Shown: piece after piece, positions 1-60,534 of the stretch
Layout of the letters: each line of letters starts with the position of its first letter
Position numbering within the stretch: the first letter of the stretch is position 1
Assembly (NCBI RefSeq): GCF_001194135.2
Contig: NC_068988.1
Coordinates: forward strand, 83,335,939-83,399,938
Length of the DNA: 64,000 nucleotides
Reading direction: 5' to 3'
DNA from: Octopus bimaculoides
Lineage: Eukaryota
Notes under the pieces: generated by a model
Seen by the model: only the letters and a program-made list of their open reading frames with translations
Database searches by the model: none
Told to the model about the DNA's origin: nothing
Position numbers and translations under genes: made by a program

Positions 1-681
1 GACAAGAAGGGCACCCAGCTGTAGAAAACCAATTTCACCAAATTCTGTCTGACTCAAGTAAGCCTGGGAAGGTGGATGTTATAACAATGATGGTAGTTGA
101 GAAGCTGAAAAGATGCAACAACTTCTGGTATATTTTCCTCTTAACATCCCCTGAATAATATTCTGGTAAGAGATGGGCTTCTGTCTTCTCTATTGAGCAT
201 AATTCTACTTTACGTATGGCATGTACACCCTTTGTAACTTTTTTATTTTTTGGAATTTTCAGAAAATTTTTGCAAATTTGTATTTGACACATGGAAATTC
301 ACAAGACTATGAAAAAATTAACAAAATCCTTTTTTTTAAATCAGTTTGAAATACTCGCAGTCCAAATTTTTGGCTTAAAACCCAACAGTAGACCATTAAA
401 TATGTTTATTGGGAGAAAGATACTGAAAAACATCAGTACATCAAACTGACAAACAATCAATGAGGGTATGACGTGCTAAAAGTAACAGCTAAATAGCCTT
501 TAAATCACGCAGCAAAATTTTTTTTGCTTTCAGTTTTTGCATAATTGTATGAATTCCTGTGTGTGGAATACAAATTTACAAAATTTTCTGAAAATTCAAA
601 AAAATAAATGTTCTGAGGGGTTGGTTATATGCCGTGCATAAAGCAGAATTCTGCCCTCTGTTGCTTATCTTTTCTATAGAC

Positions 682-989
682 CAGTGATTTTCAGTTGGGG
701 TCCATATGACCCATTGAAGGTCTATGCAAGCAAAATAATAAATTGGATCTGCAAGCATTATTTTAAGGGTCCATGAAGAAATTTTGCTAGAAACAGCTAG
801 GTTTCTTTCACTAATAGGATTTACATAGTTCAACCTATACAAGTGAATGTATGATAAGCAAAATAGAAATTTTGGAGAAAAAAAGTATCAATAAAACTAG
901 TTTTTAAACACTGAATGGATATGGGGGTCCACCAGAATAAAATTGTAATCAAAGTGGTCCACAGATGAAAAAATAATTGAGAAATACTC
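682..989. mobile_element. hAT-like MITE
   Basis: Begins cagtgattttca and ends ttgagaaatactc; flanks ctatagac (674-681) and ctataggc (990-997) form a 7/8-matching 8-bp TSD. Confidence 0.6.
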
Positions 990-1067
990 CTATAGGCAAT
1001 CAGTTGCAGCAATAACTTTTTACTGATATTGAACCATTATTAAATATATCTTTTACTTATATTTCAG

Positions 1068-47917
<46,850 letters not shown>

Positions 47918-48320
47918 AATGACTAAGCAAATGATTGCAAACCACAATCTGATTGCTTGTAGGTGAGTGGGTGCATGCCCCTCACTCTCTATCGAGGCAC
48001 AAACCTATGGCCTTGCCAGAATGCCTTGTTCAAAGTGAATAAACCTGAGGTTTTATTGAGATTACAGATGAAAGAGCTAATCTTTCAGACTCAGAAGATT
48101 GGAATCACGTCTTGTCTTTCACTGATTCTTCCAATGATGTCTGCACTTAATATTTTCTTTTCTCAAATATCTTTAATTTATTTTTATTTCTTTATTTACT
48201 TAATCTGTCCTTGCAATTTTACATGGGGTTTTTTTTTTTTTTTGCTAGTTTCTTTTCACATTATAATGTTTAGCGTTTAAAATTTCGTGGTGGGGAAGAA
48301 AATTTTAAATGATTGCATTA

Positions 48321-48326
48321 AATAAA
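48321..48326 (+). promoter_or_regulatory. Candidate polyadenylation signal (a more proximal AATAAA lies at 48038-48043)
   Basis: AATAAA about 400 nt after the stop, followed by a GT/T-rich downstream element (tttgttcttaaattgtttgttgttt). Confidence 0.5.
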
Positions 48327-48869
48327 ACTTTGTTCTTAAATTGTTTGTTGTTTAACTGATCTGTCTTTATCACAGCTGAATCTGTTGTTCAGTTAATGGC
48401 AGTTTGGTACACTGGCTGACATTTTCTATGTGTGTTTGTGTGCATGTGTGAATATATAACATGTCTGTGTTGTGTCCAATGGACATTACACAACACTTCT
48501 TTATTACTATTGCCTTGCTATTCATTAACACACTGAGTGATTTCCTTTGGGTAATCTATTTAAACTAGTCCATACATGCTTAAATAGAACACACACACAA
48601 TATATTGATGTGGGTTTTAGAAGAGGAATAGGAAAGGAATCAAGATAAAGCTTTGTTAAATAGTTCAGTTAGGGAGGGGTGGAGTAGCGGAGATGCTTGA
48701 TGATTGAATAATTCTTAGTGGACTAAATCATGTAAAGAGGGGACAAATAAGTTTGAACGTGATGAGTGGCTGTATTTTGTCTCTTGTGGCTTGGTAACAT
48801 TTTTGAAAAAAGATGGCTGTAGTAATGGGTTTGTCAGTGCCAGGAGAATTTAAGCAGTTGACTGTAATC

Positions 48870-50330
48870 ATTCCTTTCATGTGTACCTCTCTCTCTTCAT
48901 CCCACTCAAGATTACAGCTCTGAATTCTCCAAATGTTTCACTCATACTGTACTTTAAGTCCAGACAACACATCTATAATACTTGTAGAAAATCACTGACA
49001 CCTACAAATTGGATACCTTATTGCCAACACGGCAACTCTTGTAAGACTACATCATATATTTCATATTGAACTCAGTGAGTACTTCCCTGCAGAAAATCTT
49101 TTCTTTTGCTGCCCACTTTGAATTCAACTTGACATTAGTCATATGAGGTAAACCTCCTCCAAAAATTCTCTTCCCACTCCATCAGGTCCACTGACACACA
49201 CCTTCATGCCAAGTATGAAATCAATAAGGCCATTGTCTGAGTAAGGAAAGGAACATTTTCCTGGTCAATGTATATCAGAGTTACTCTCTACACACCAAAT
49301 ACTTCAATATTTCTCTTTCTATTTTTCTCTCCACTGATAAATCCTGATCTTTGGAAACCCACAACTATGTTGTCCCATTTCCAAGAAGAGCAATTACTCT
49401 GACCCTGCCATTAATCATACTTCTGCACTTACTTCTATCACTGCAAAGCTAATGAAGACAGCCATTGACAACTTATCCCAGCAACTTGAATTTCCCTCTT
49501 ATGCTACTCACCAGTGGATCCTTGGCATTAAGAAAATCTCTTTAAAAAAAAATTAATTACTCAACATCTGCAAAGCATTCAACTGTATGCAGCACACAAA
49601 TCTATCAAAACTGCTACTCTTTGAGTTCCATCCGTCATCTCTTGCCTCAGTGGCTTCCTGTCAGATCTTATTGCATGTACTACTGAAGTACCCCAAGATT
49701 AAGTTTTCTCCTCTATGCTCTTTTTCTTATATATTGATGATCTACTTGTTAGCATATCCAACATGCACTCATACTCAGATGTTGCCAGCCTTCATTCCTC
49801 CCCAACCTTCTGCATCAAAGCATCATCTATTTGCAGCCTCGACATCTTACACCAAACCTACATTGACTCTAGGAATAACAGCCTGAGATCTTCCACTGGG
49901 GTCATGTTAATGTTGTCTCTGTCAAACACCACTGTCACTCATAAACATCAAGTAACTACCCCACCCTAAGCATCAACAGTTCTTGACCACTACTGGAAAT
50001 CTTTTTTAGTGAACAAGCATACTCAACATAGCAAAGATTAGGCCTCCTCTCATCTCAGTAGCTGATACTACACACACTCAGTCACGGTAGACTGCATCCA
50101 ATGAAAGACCACTGATATGCTGATTCCTCTGCTTCACATTTTGCTACTACCATTGCCTCTGCTCCGTTGAGCTAGTTCACTACATGTCCTGTCTTAACTC
50201 ACTTCTTGCCCTGATGTGACCTGTATTGTCCCTTGCTCTAAACACTGTCTGGTATTTTCTCTCCAGGACACCCTTCTGGAATTTCCACCTTGTAAGCTGT
50301 TCCAATGGCACATGAAATATGTCAGTCTTG
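48870..50330 (+). mobile_element. Decayed CR1/L2-group LINE remnant
   Basis: LNICKAFN.MQH..LSKL..F.FHPS (cf. LDISKAFDRVWH) and EVPQD*VFSSMLFFLYIDDLL...MHSYSD (cf. GVPQGSVLSP.LF...INDL...YADD). Confidence 0.6.
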
Positions 50331-50878
50331 GAAGACCCATATCAAAACCCCACCAAAAAGACATCTTGAAATAGCAGATATTGTTTTGTTTTCCTTTTAA
50401 AAAAATGTCTATTTCTAAGAATGATATAATTTTATTAACAACAAACTCCTCAAAGAACGTTATTTGATTGAAGATTATGTGCAAGTGCTTCTATATCATT
50501 CACAGTAAAAAGCCACTATCACCCCATGTGCAACTAATGTGCTGTTTTCAAATACATATTCAGCATAACCATCATCTTCAGCTGATTGCAATACCTTCCT
50601 GCTTAGTGCCAAGTCCTGTCGTTTTTTTTCTCCTATTAGAACTGTGGATACATATTTGTAACTGAAAAATGAAAGGGAATAACTTCAATAGTAGTATGCA
50701 ACAGTATAAAAGGGTAAAATTGATATGAATTTAACCACTGTGGTGTAAAGTAATCTGCGGGGATGTGGGGGGGACACATTAGTACTGAAAAGGTACCCTC
50801 AAAGTGATCAAGTCAAAAACGCAACTGGACTTTCTTTCCAACCTGTGGGTATGCTTATCACCTTTATTTAATATAGAC

Positions 50879-51228
50879 GCAGGCGTGGCTGTGTGATAAG
50901 AAGCCTATTTCCCAACCACATGGTTCCAGGTTCAGTCGCACTGCTTGACACTTTGGGCAAGTACCTTCTACTATAGCCTCAGGCCGACCAAAACCTTGTG
51001 AGTGGATCTGGTAGATAGAAACTGAAAGAGGCCCATTGTATATGTGTGTGTCTTTGTGTCTGTCTTCCACCTCAGCTTGACAACCGGTGCTGGTGTATTT
51101 ACATCAGCAAAAGAGACCAATAGAATAAGTACCAGTCTTAAAAAAATAAGTTCTGGGGTTGATACATTCAACTAAAAAATTCTCCCCAGCATAGCCGCAG
51201 TCTAATGACTGAAAGAAGTAAAAGAGAA
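50879..51228 (+). mobile_element. Abundant tRNA-derived SINE family A, near full length
   Basis: ggcgtggctgtgtgataagaag...gttccaggttcagtc...ttgggcaagt...gtgagtggat...aataagtac...gactgaaagaagtaaaag. More than 12 copies in the window, e.g. 3152-3293, 4173-4335, 11475-11630, 15615-15745(-), 22868-23010(-), 23035-23140, 28165-28333(-), 29105-29235(-), 36735-36885(-), 58405-58512(-), 58548-58665, 60340-60517. Confidence 0.8.
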
Positions 51229-52533
51229 AAGATCTGTCTTCCATACTGGCATGGGTTGAATAGTTTGGCAGGATCCGAGCTGAAAGCCTGTGTCGAGCGC
51301 CAATGTCTACTTTGGCATAACTTATATGGCTGGATGCCTTTCCTAATGCAAGCCACTTTACATAGGGTACTGAGTGCTTTTTTTTTTTTTTTCCTTGTCA
51401 TCTGCACGAGTGAGGTTGCTAAATAACTTGCAAGACAACCAGAAGCTCCCTTAACTGCGTGGGGTTATAGTAGAGAGAGATGTGGTTTCACGTCAGATGT
51501 TGAGAAGATAGAGGGAAAAAACCTGATCTACAAATGTGCTGGATGTCCATAAATTACCGTTACAATTTGAAGTGTGAAAGTTTTAAAGATAATTTATGGA
51601 TACCCTGTGTATGTGTGTGTGTGTGTGTGCATCATTGGTTTATTTCAACGTCCATTTTTCCATGCTACCATGGATTGGACGGGGGGCCAATTTGAACCGT
51701 TACCTGTTTTCAAACAAAGTAATATTTCCTATAGTACTTTGAACAGCACAATGGCTGAACTTGATTTCACATAAGCTTGCAAACATACGACACCGCATAT
51801 ATATGACTGTGTCAGACATTCTTTTACGACAAGGAGACATGAGCGCACACGCATATACATGGCAGGCTTTCAGTTTTCCGTCTACCTAGTTCATTCAGGG
51901 CTTTGGTTGGTCTGGGCTATAGAAGAGGCCCAAGGTACCAAGCAAGAAATTCTCAAAATTACTTACCACTACTAATAATAGTATAGTAGGGTGATGAGAG
52001 TGAGAAATAGCGAGCTGTCTGTCACTGTTCTTTACATTATAAGTTAAAAATCCCTCCACAGTTGATCTTGCTTGTTGTTATTTAACCCCAAGTCAACCCC
52101 GCCTGAGCAAACTTATAATCAGCAGCATTCTAGCCATACTGTTTTCTTGTTTATTTAACCCTATGTTTTCACATGACCTTCCTTTTTAAGATGGTATAGT
52201 ATATTTCAAGGGAAATTTTGTTTTGTTATTTTTAGCAACTCAAATGACGGCTTATAACTCCTTCGTAGACACTGGTATGTCACCTTGGAGTGAATAAAAA
52301 TAGTAATATGGTGATAGGGGTTTTACCTACCGTGAAAAGTTCAGCTGTTTGACTTCATTTTTGATGATGTTACTCATAAGGATGGCTTTCTTCTTTGCTG
52401 TATTTTCATCATATACTGTTCCTGCATGATAAATATCTACACAGCTGTGAACAATGCCATCAAATGTGGACTATCTCAAACTGCATCTATGTATGTATGT
52501 GTATATATATATATACACATATATATATATAAT

Positions 52534-52630
52534 AGGCATTTATGCGGATAAACAAATTAGACACATTAAATACATCATGATGTATTTAATTTATTTGACA
52601 TATCTTATTTGTTTATCCACATAATTGCCT
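52534..52630. other. 97-bp foldback with a perfect 26-bp central palindrome
   Basis: attaaatacatca|tgatgtatttaat at 52565-52590, inside 28-bp outer arms with 3 mismatches. Confidence 0.85.
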
Positions 52631-54379
52631 CTACACCCACTCAACCTGATCCCTCTTATAGCCTTTCTTTACCTTGTGGAATGATCCTCTGTAAAGACAT
52701 CGGAGTCTAAGTTTGAATCATTTGAGCACTACTGAGTGTCTTCTATACAGAGAATCTCTAGATCTCATCTGTGAACTATATATGTATGTACATACATACA
52801 TATGTGTGTGTATATGTTGTATATAACACACACAAATATAAATATAATAAAGTCAACAAAAGGAACGCAGCGCTGATAACGGACAGCCAACAACCATTGA
52901 GATGGTTGCAAGAAGCAACGAAAATTCTGGAAAAAAATATATAAATAAATTGAGTGGAAATCGAATCAGTGAATGTGTTAGTTGATAAGGAGTAAAGGCA
53001 AAAGGATTCTCCCCAGACTAAACAAAACCAAATATGTTTCAGTATTATACATTGTGTAAAATATAATAGCAAGAGCTTTTTCGGTTAATACATTTCAAAA
53101 TATTATTTGACTAGTAGGACTGTGGAAGTTCCACAGAACAAGAAAGGATGATTTGCATTTTTATTTTTATTTTGCTAAGTTATTTCATTTCTAGTCACAA
53201 TAATATATATGGTTCTAAGATTCCCCCCCTGCTGAACGCTTTAAGTTTCTTTCTCGCAACAAACTTTTTTAACCGTGTAATTTTCCTCTTCACTTCCACT
53301 AACCATATGAGTGACAGTATAATGCATCAGCTGGCTATCTTCTTTCTCACACTCACATACTCCCTTCCTCTCTCTCACTCTCCTCCTTTTCCTCTCTAAC
53401 AAACTAATATTCTTCTACGAACAGGCAAAAGAATAATATAGATTTAGTTGAATAAAAAAAATGCTTTTCACTATCAAAATACCACCATCATCATCACTAT
53501 AGTTTTCAATAACGAAGATTATTCCAGTTTAACTGTCTATATCTAGTTTTTCTTTCTGTCGATGTATCTCTACTCTAACAATGCAAACCTGTATCTGTCT
53601 GTCTGTCTCTCTCTCTCTCTCTCATAATGTAACTGCCTCCCTTGTTCATCTCCCTCTGTCTGCCTTTAACCTCACCACTAGAACATTACCCTCTGCTAAA
53701 TGTTGTATCCTCAACATATCACTTTCTTTTTACCTTTCCCTCCCCACCCTACCGCATGTCACTAACACTTCTATCTCCCTCTTTTCTCTCGCTCTTCGCC
53801 TCTCCCTTCAACTAACCACGTGATGCATTTGGCCATAGTGTATTATTTAACTCCTCCTTTTTTCTCTAGTCATTCCTCCCCCTCTCTCTCTCTCACTTTT
53901 ACTCCATCTCTCACTCACCTCCACTTCTCTAACTAACTAAAGTATAACGGGCAAACGAACAAGCAGATTATTATATAGTGCTGACTTGTTTATTACAAAT
54001 TACACGATTTGCTGTAAGCACAAACCAGCTTATCCTGATTCCATTTACACGGTTATTCTTGATTCCATTTACGCGGATATTCTTAAGATTTAGAGAAGTT
54101 TTTGTATTTGGCTCGAGTCAAAAATTATGGTACTGTGCATTGCTTTGAGGTAAAACACGATATATGTGTGTGTGTATGTACGCATGTGTATATATATATA
54201 TGTGTGTGTGTGTGTACGTATGTTTATATATGTGTGTATGTATATATGTGTGTGTAAGGATTCCGAGACGCAAACCGATATGGTAATGGAAGCTCATGGC
54301 TCCTTCAAATGGGCGGAGATTTAAAGATATCCTTAAATAAGCTTTTGATGAGGAGGAGGTAGGGATAGAGACAGGACAC

Positions 54380-56900
54380 AGAGGACAACTGGAAGTTCTT
54401 ACGGGATAATCTACTGAGGGTGACAGACCAAATCTGTGGTTGGAGCAAAGTTTCCATCAGACCAAGGGTGACATAGTTGTGGAAAAGTGAGGTAGACAGG
54501 ACTACAAAAGAGAAGTGACGAGCTTGGAAAGAGTGAGGGTACCAAAGAAACATATCAGAGAAGCAAGACGTCAGATATACATAGCTAGGGCAGAAGCAGA
54601 AAGGAAGAGGTTTGCCAAACCTTACAGCGTGAAGATCAGAGACTTGGTGTTCCTGATAGCTAGACATTGTGGTAGAGAGAATCAAGATGTTGAGGTTAAG
54701 AAGTGCTCTTAGTGATCCTGAAAAGAAAGAGGCATGTAAGAGCTACTATGAAAGACATGCGGAGAATGAAAGAGGGTCTTCGTCATGTGAACCCAACAGA
54801 GGGACCAGCTATCCTAGTTGACTGGAGTATGATAGATAAGACAGTTAAAGATATGAAGACAGGGAAGGCTCCTGGTCCATCAGAAGTCACTGCTGAAATG
54901 CTTAAGATATCTGGCAGAGTTTGATACAGTTTAGTCATCAGTATAGTTAATGAGGTTATTCTGGGAAGCGTATTCCCAAGTGACTGGTGAAGCAGCATCA
55001 TAGTCAGCTGCTACATGGGCAAGGGAGACGCCCTAGATAGAAGTAATTATAGAGGCACAAAATTGCTGGACCAGGTGATGAAAGTTGCGGAACAGAATTA
55101 GATTAAATGAAATGCAGTTCGGCTTTGTCCCAAAGAGAAGCACCACAGATGCTATTTTCATAGACAGGCAACTGTAAGAGGGGTATTTAGCTAAGAAGAA
55201 GAAGCTTAGAATTTGTTGACCTAGAGAAAGCCTTCGCCGGAGTACCTCGCTCTGTGATGTGGTGGTCTCTGAGGAAGCTAGGGATAGACGAATAGCTTGT
55301 GAAAGCAGTACAGGCTATGTACAGGGGTGCTGCTTGTAAGGTAAGAGTTGGTCATGGGTATAGTGATGAATTTAGTGTCTAAGTAGGTGTCCACCAAGAG
55401 TCGGTCTTCACCCCACTTATATTCGTCGTCGTCCTCCAGGACATAACAGAGGAGTTTAAGTCTGGAAACCCTTGAGAACACCTTATATGCTGATTATTTT
55501 GCCCTCATAGCAGTATCTGTAACAGAATTAGACAAGAAATTTCAGGTGTGGAAACAATCTGGAATCAAAGAGTCTTAAAGTAAAATTAGCAAATATCAAG
55601 GTCTTAGTAGGCAAGAAATCGGACAGGACCCTTCACTCTTCCGGTAAATGGCCCTACTTAATATGTATGAAGGCTTAGAGAGAAATTCCATTCGGGGTAT
55701 CCAGTGCAAGCTGTGTACACATAAGAGGTGCAATGGAATTGTAGGAAGGTTAACAGAGAAAGTAGTGTTCATATGTGGAAGATGTACGAGAGCCATAAAG
55801 ACCACAGATACACGGGAAACTGATTTCCTTACATGTTCCGGTGCCTCTCTGGAAGTTGTAAATAATTTTTACTTCCTAGGTGTCCTAATTAACAGTAGAG
55901 GAGTATATAACGAAAGTGTAGTTGCTAGAATAAAAATAGGATGGAGAAAGTTCAGAGAGCTTTTACCTTTGTTGTCAATCAAAGCTCTCTCCAAGTAAAG
56001 GGAAGATTGTATGATGCATGTGTGTGAACTGCGATGCTGCATGGTAGTGAGATGTGGGTCATGAATGCAGAGGACATGCGAAGGTGGAGAGGAACGAAGC
56101 TGGTATGCTCTGCTGGATGTGCAATGTCAGTGTGCGTGTGCGACAGAGCATTGATGTATTGAGAGAGAAGGTGAGCATAAGAGGTATTAGAAGGAGTCTG
56201 CACTAGCTTGGTCATATAATGCATGTAGACGAGGACAGCTGCATGAAGAAATGCCGATCACTTTAAGTGGAGGGAAGTGTAGCGTAGACTCGGGTGGAAT
56301 TCCTCTCTCCCATTTATTATATATACGTGCATTCGAACGTAGCAGGGAACAGCTAGCCTTTGGCCGCTATTTGGGTCCCGCTGTGTCCACTACTCTGATT
56401 GGTTGGTATTAGCGCAATTTGTCTCTTACTCGATTGCGCATAACCAGTCGGAGGCCCTAAATGTGATCACGTGGGACAGCCAGTTCACTACTCCATCTGA
56501 GCCTATTACTCCTTATAAAAACGCACCTCTTCCTCGTTTCGGAGTCTTTTGGTTCTAGACTTTTGGTAGCAGGAGACCCAGGAACATGGGATGAAGTATT
56601 GAAGGCCGATCTCAAAACGCTGACCCTTACGAAAGAGATGACAGGGGACCGAGATATGTGATATATTGCTATACTCGAGAAGACGTGCCTACAACAGAAT
56701 TGAGATCCTAAATCAAGACGCCACATAAAAAGCATTGACGTAGATGCTGGTGTCATGTAAAAAGTACCCAGTACTTTATGTGGAATGATTGGTTTTAGGA
56801 AGGGCGTCCAGCAGTAGACTAAGCCAAAAAGACTATGGAACATAGTGCGACCCTTGGCCTTGTCAGTTCCTGTCAAGCCCTCCAACGGACGTTAAGTGTT
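54380..56900 (+). mobile_element. Decayed RTE-clade LINE (RT domain, Cys/His-rich insert, 3' tail)
   Basis: VKDMKTGKAPGPSEVTAEMLK, KGDALDRSNYRG, MQFGFVP..STTDAIF, FVDLEKAF, VGVHQ, LYADY, CKLCTHKRC..CGRC, WRKFRELLPLL and TWDEVLKADL, with many stops and frameshifts. Confidence 0.9.
56278..56571 (+). mobile_element. Candidate solo LTR nested in the RTE LINE
   Basis: A 294-bp CpG-rich insert interrupts the LINE between ..VEG and RPR..TWDEV. It has TG...CA ends, imperfect 4-bp flanks gaag/ggag, an internal reverse CCAAT (gattgg) and a TATA (ttataaaa). Confidence 0.45.
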
Positions 56901-57454
56901 GATAAAGATATCACGCGCGCGCGCACACACACAGATTTTATGTTTATTTTGGAACAATAGCGTCCCTACATCCATTTATCCATTAACATTTCAACACCTT
57001 CCTCGGCTCAGAATGAAATGATAGTAATAATAATGTTATTTACGCATTTTGCCTTTGGTCGCACAAAAACCATGGGAATACACTTATAATTGATAAATGC
57101 AACAACACGAAATCTAAAAATTAAGCAACGATTTATTTCTGCTAGATTTCCTTAATTATAATATTTTACATGTAGACTATACGTGCTTCAAGTTAAAGTT
57201 AATATCTAAAATATTGACTGTGCACTTACAATAATCTTTAGATCAAAACTTTTGAGTACTAATTATTTGTTTCTAATCCTTTCTAACTGTGGCCGTTCTT
57301 ATTACAGGTTACAACTAATCTTTCATCTCTCTATATGCTAAACTCAATAGAAGCGAATTTAGATTGAAAGGTTTATAAAATAAATTAAGTTACAAACTTC
57401 GGCACCATTAAATGCAACACATAGGAACATCAAAATGTTCCATACTTTTGCTTT

Positions 57455-57652
57455 TTATCATTTACTTTTTTCAGGCATTAGACTGTAGCTATGCTGTGGC
57501 GCCGCCTTGAAAAATTAAAGTCCAACGAGTCGATTCCAGTACTTATTTTTTAAGCCTAGTACTCATTCCATCAGTCTCTTTTGCCAGACTGCCACGTTAC
57601 AAGGACGTAAACACACCAACAGCGGTTATCAAGTGGTAGTGGGGGCAACCAG

Positions 57653-57697
<45 letters not shown>

Positions 57698-57858
57698 TAT
57701 ACGACAGGCTTCCAGTTTTTGTCTACAAATCCACTCACAAGGCTTTGGTCGGGCCGAGGCTATAGTAGAAGACACTCGCCCAAGGTACCACGCAGTGGGA
57801 CTGAGCCCGAAACCAGGTGACTGGGAAGCAAACCTCTCATCATATAGCCACGCCTGCA
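57455..57858 (-). mobile_element. SINE family A, near full length, minus strand
   Basis: Reverse complement colinear with 50879-51228; internal (CA)n expansion. Confidence 0.8.
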
Positions 57859-60534
57859 CCTAACAATACATTTTACTTAGAATAGGTCATCATAGGAAAG
57901 AAAAGAACTTTTATCATGCATAACAACATGAATATTTAAATCTCCTAAATATTATAATAAGGCTTTAAACAGAAGCGGCTTCTCCAATGAAGTTCTAAGA
58001 ATATCAGAAGGATGTTTGCATAGCTTAATCTGCCTTTCAGTTTAAATATTAGTTTTAATATTGCTTCTTCTTTCCTAAACTTAATCAATAAAACTACCCT
58101 ACTAACCACAAGTTTTATAAGAGATTTTTTTAAACAGGCTTTAAATGGCTTTAATGCAAGTTAGAGCTGTACAAATAACTTCTGCATTTTCTTCATCTAG
58201 GATTAATAGAATGTAATTAATATATATAGTTAAACATAATCCAGTGTCACAATGCAATACCTAGTAACACTTGCTCTCTAAACGGTAAATGTCTTCAAAA
58301 AGTGGCATCTACAGCGTTAAAATCTCCATTATTAAAACAACGACATCAATGGTTTCAAATGTTCTCTCTGTCTCGCAGAAAAGCAAAACATTCTAACAGA
58401 AATGGTTAGCATAGAGCTATAATAGAAGACTTTTGTTTAATGTACTGTGTCGTGGGACTGAACCCCAAACCACGTGTTTGGGAAGCGAACATCTTTAAAA
58501 ACATCCATGCTTGCACGCGCGTGCGCACACACACACATCTATAGGTACTAGCATAGCTGTGTGGTTACAAAGCTCAGTTTGCAGCCACATGCTTTTGGAA
58601 TTGATTGTACTGTGTGGAACCTTAGGTAAATCACTTCTAATGTGGCCTTGGGCCAACCAACACTTTGTTAGGCCTTCTTAGACTGTGGTAGGGAAGGGAA
58701 GAGAAAAATAGACCACATATCATAGTTACTGCGGTAAGAACCAGTAACACAGCAAGATATTGAGTTATTCTCTAACAGAGAGTAGATCTCTATGTTTTCA
58801 CCAGAGTGGATTCTCCTAAAGGCAGTGAAAGAGATGCATTAAGGCTACTGTCAAAAATAGACACATACCATTCAGCAGTTTTGAACTTGTCAGCTACTGA
58901 AAAAGGCTAAAACTTACCCTCTAAATGTTCATGTAAACAATCTTTTATAATTATTCGGGCTCTGTCTGGGATAAAAGGAAATTCAGCATGCATTGGATGT
59001 TGTGGATCATACTGTGAACATAAAAAAAGAAAAGTATGTGAGCACTAATATAAACAAACGATAAAAAATTATATAGCAGTCATTGTTTGAGAAAGGTAGG
59101 TGGCGTGAACGGCTGGAAAACTACATCTGATTGTTGTCATGTGATTTTTGTTACAATCGAAACTTTTGTGATGTCAAAGACAAAAATCACTGGTTTCTAT
59201 AAAGTTTTCAAGCGTGAGAGAAGACTGGTATGTGACATAGGATGTAAGATGCTAAATCTTTTTCAATACCAAACTGTCTCTGATAACAATGTACAAGACA
59301 TTTAATTTTTAGAATACTCACATTTGGATTAAATAATTAATGTAAAACTTAATCATTTTATTAAATCATCCCATGCTTTTAATTATTTTGAAAGATAACT
59401 GAAACACATAAGTAGTGAATTTTACCGGAAATATGATACCAAAAAGGGTTAAATATGGTTCTACAAAGACAGTATTAGTAGGTGCTGATTACAAAGAGAG
59501 ATTCAATGTGTTAAAAGATAGTGAAATCCTTCATTAGATAAAAAAAAACGGCTGGCAACAGGAAGGGCGTCCAGTTGTAAAAACAATGTCTCAATAATAT
59601 AATCATTTAATCCATGAAAGCATGGAAAAACAGATGTGAAACGAGTGAACGAAGACGTGAATTTGGAAGTGTATTGATTGAGGATGGTCTTGTTGGATTG
59701 AAGTGACCAAAGAATATTTCACACTTGGTAACAGTTTACACAAAGAAGTTCTCAGATGGACGCCAGCCGAGATGTTCTGAGAATCTGGTGAGAAGGACGT
59801 TTGTTGCCAAGAATAGACAGCACAGTATTGATCAATTTAGTTGATTTGAAGTTCGGATAGTTTGAGTGTTGAGGCTGTTATGCAGAAGGGTCTTGTGGAG
59901 AAGATGGTGCAAAACAGTCCAGATTAGCAAACTAATTGATTTGAGGGCTTTGTAATAGGACTCAGCGAGATAGCAATAAAGAAATGAGTTTAATTAAAGT
60001 TACTTAGTAAGACGATTCAAGAGTTGTCCACATACAAGATAGGAAGATGATTCATTCAGACGTTTATCGTATCTTCGGCTTTATCGTTAGTGGTAAATAT
60101 AGAGAAAAAAGAAAAGAGAATCTCAGTTGGGAGATCAATATGTGTGTGTGTGCGTGCGTGTGTGTGTGTGTGTGTGTGTGTACGTACGAACGTACAGGCT
60201 CGCGTATATATATCTGCGGATATATTGTTTTTATACATATACTTCTACACGTGTGCATATACAAATATATGCACGCACACACACTGTCTGACACGCACAC
60301 AACTTTCTGACAGTGTATGTATTTGTGTGTTTGTCCCTCCCGCCATTGTTAGACAACCAATGTTGGTGTGTTTACGTCTCTGTAACTTAGTGGTTCGGCA
60401 AAAGAGACCGATACAATAAGTACTAGGCTTACAGAGAATAAGTCCTGGGGTCAATTTGTTCGACTAAAGGCGGGGATCCAACATGGTCGCAGTCAAATAA
60501 CTGAAACAAGTAAAAGGATAAAATAATAATACTT

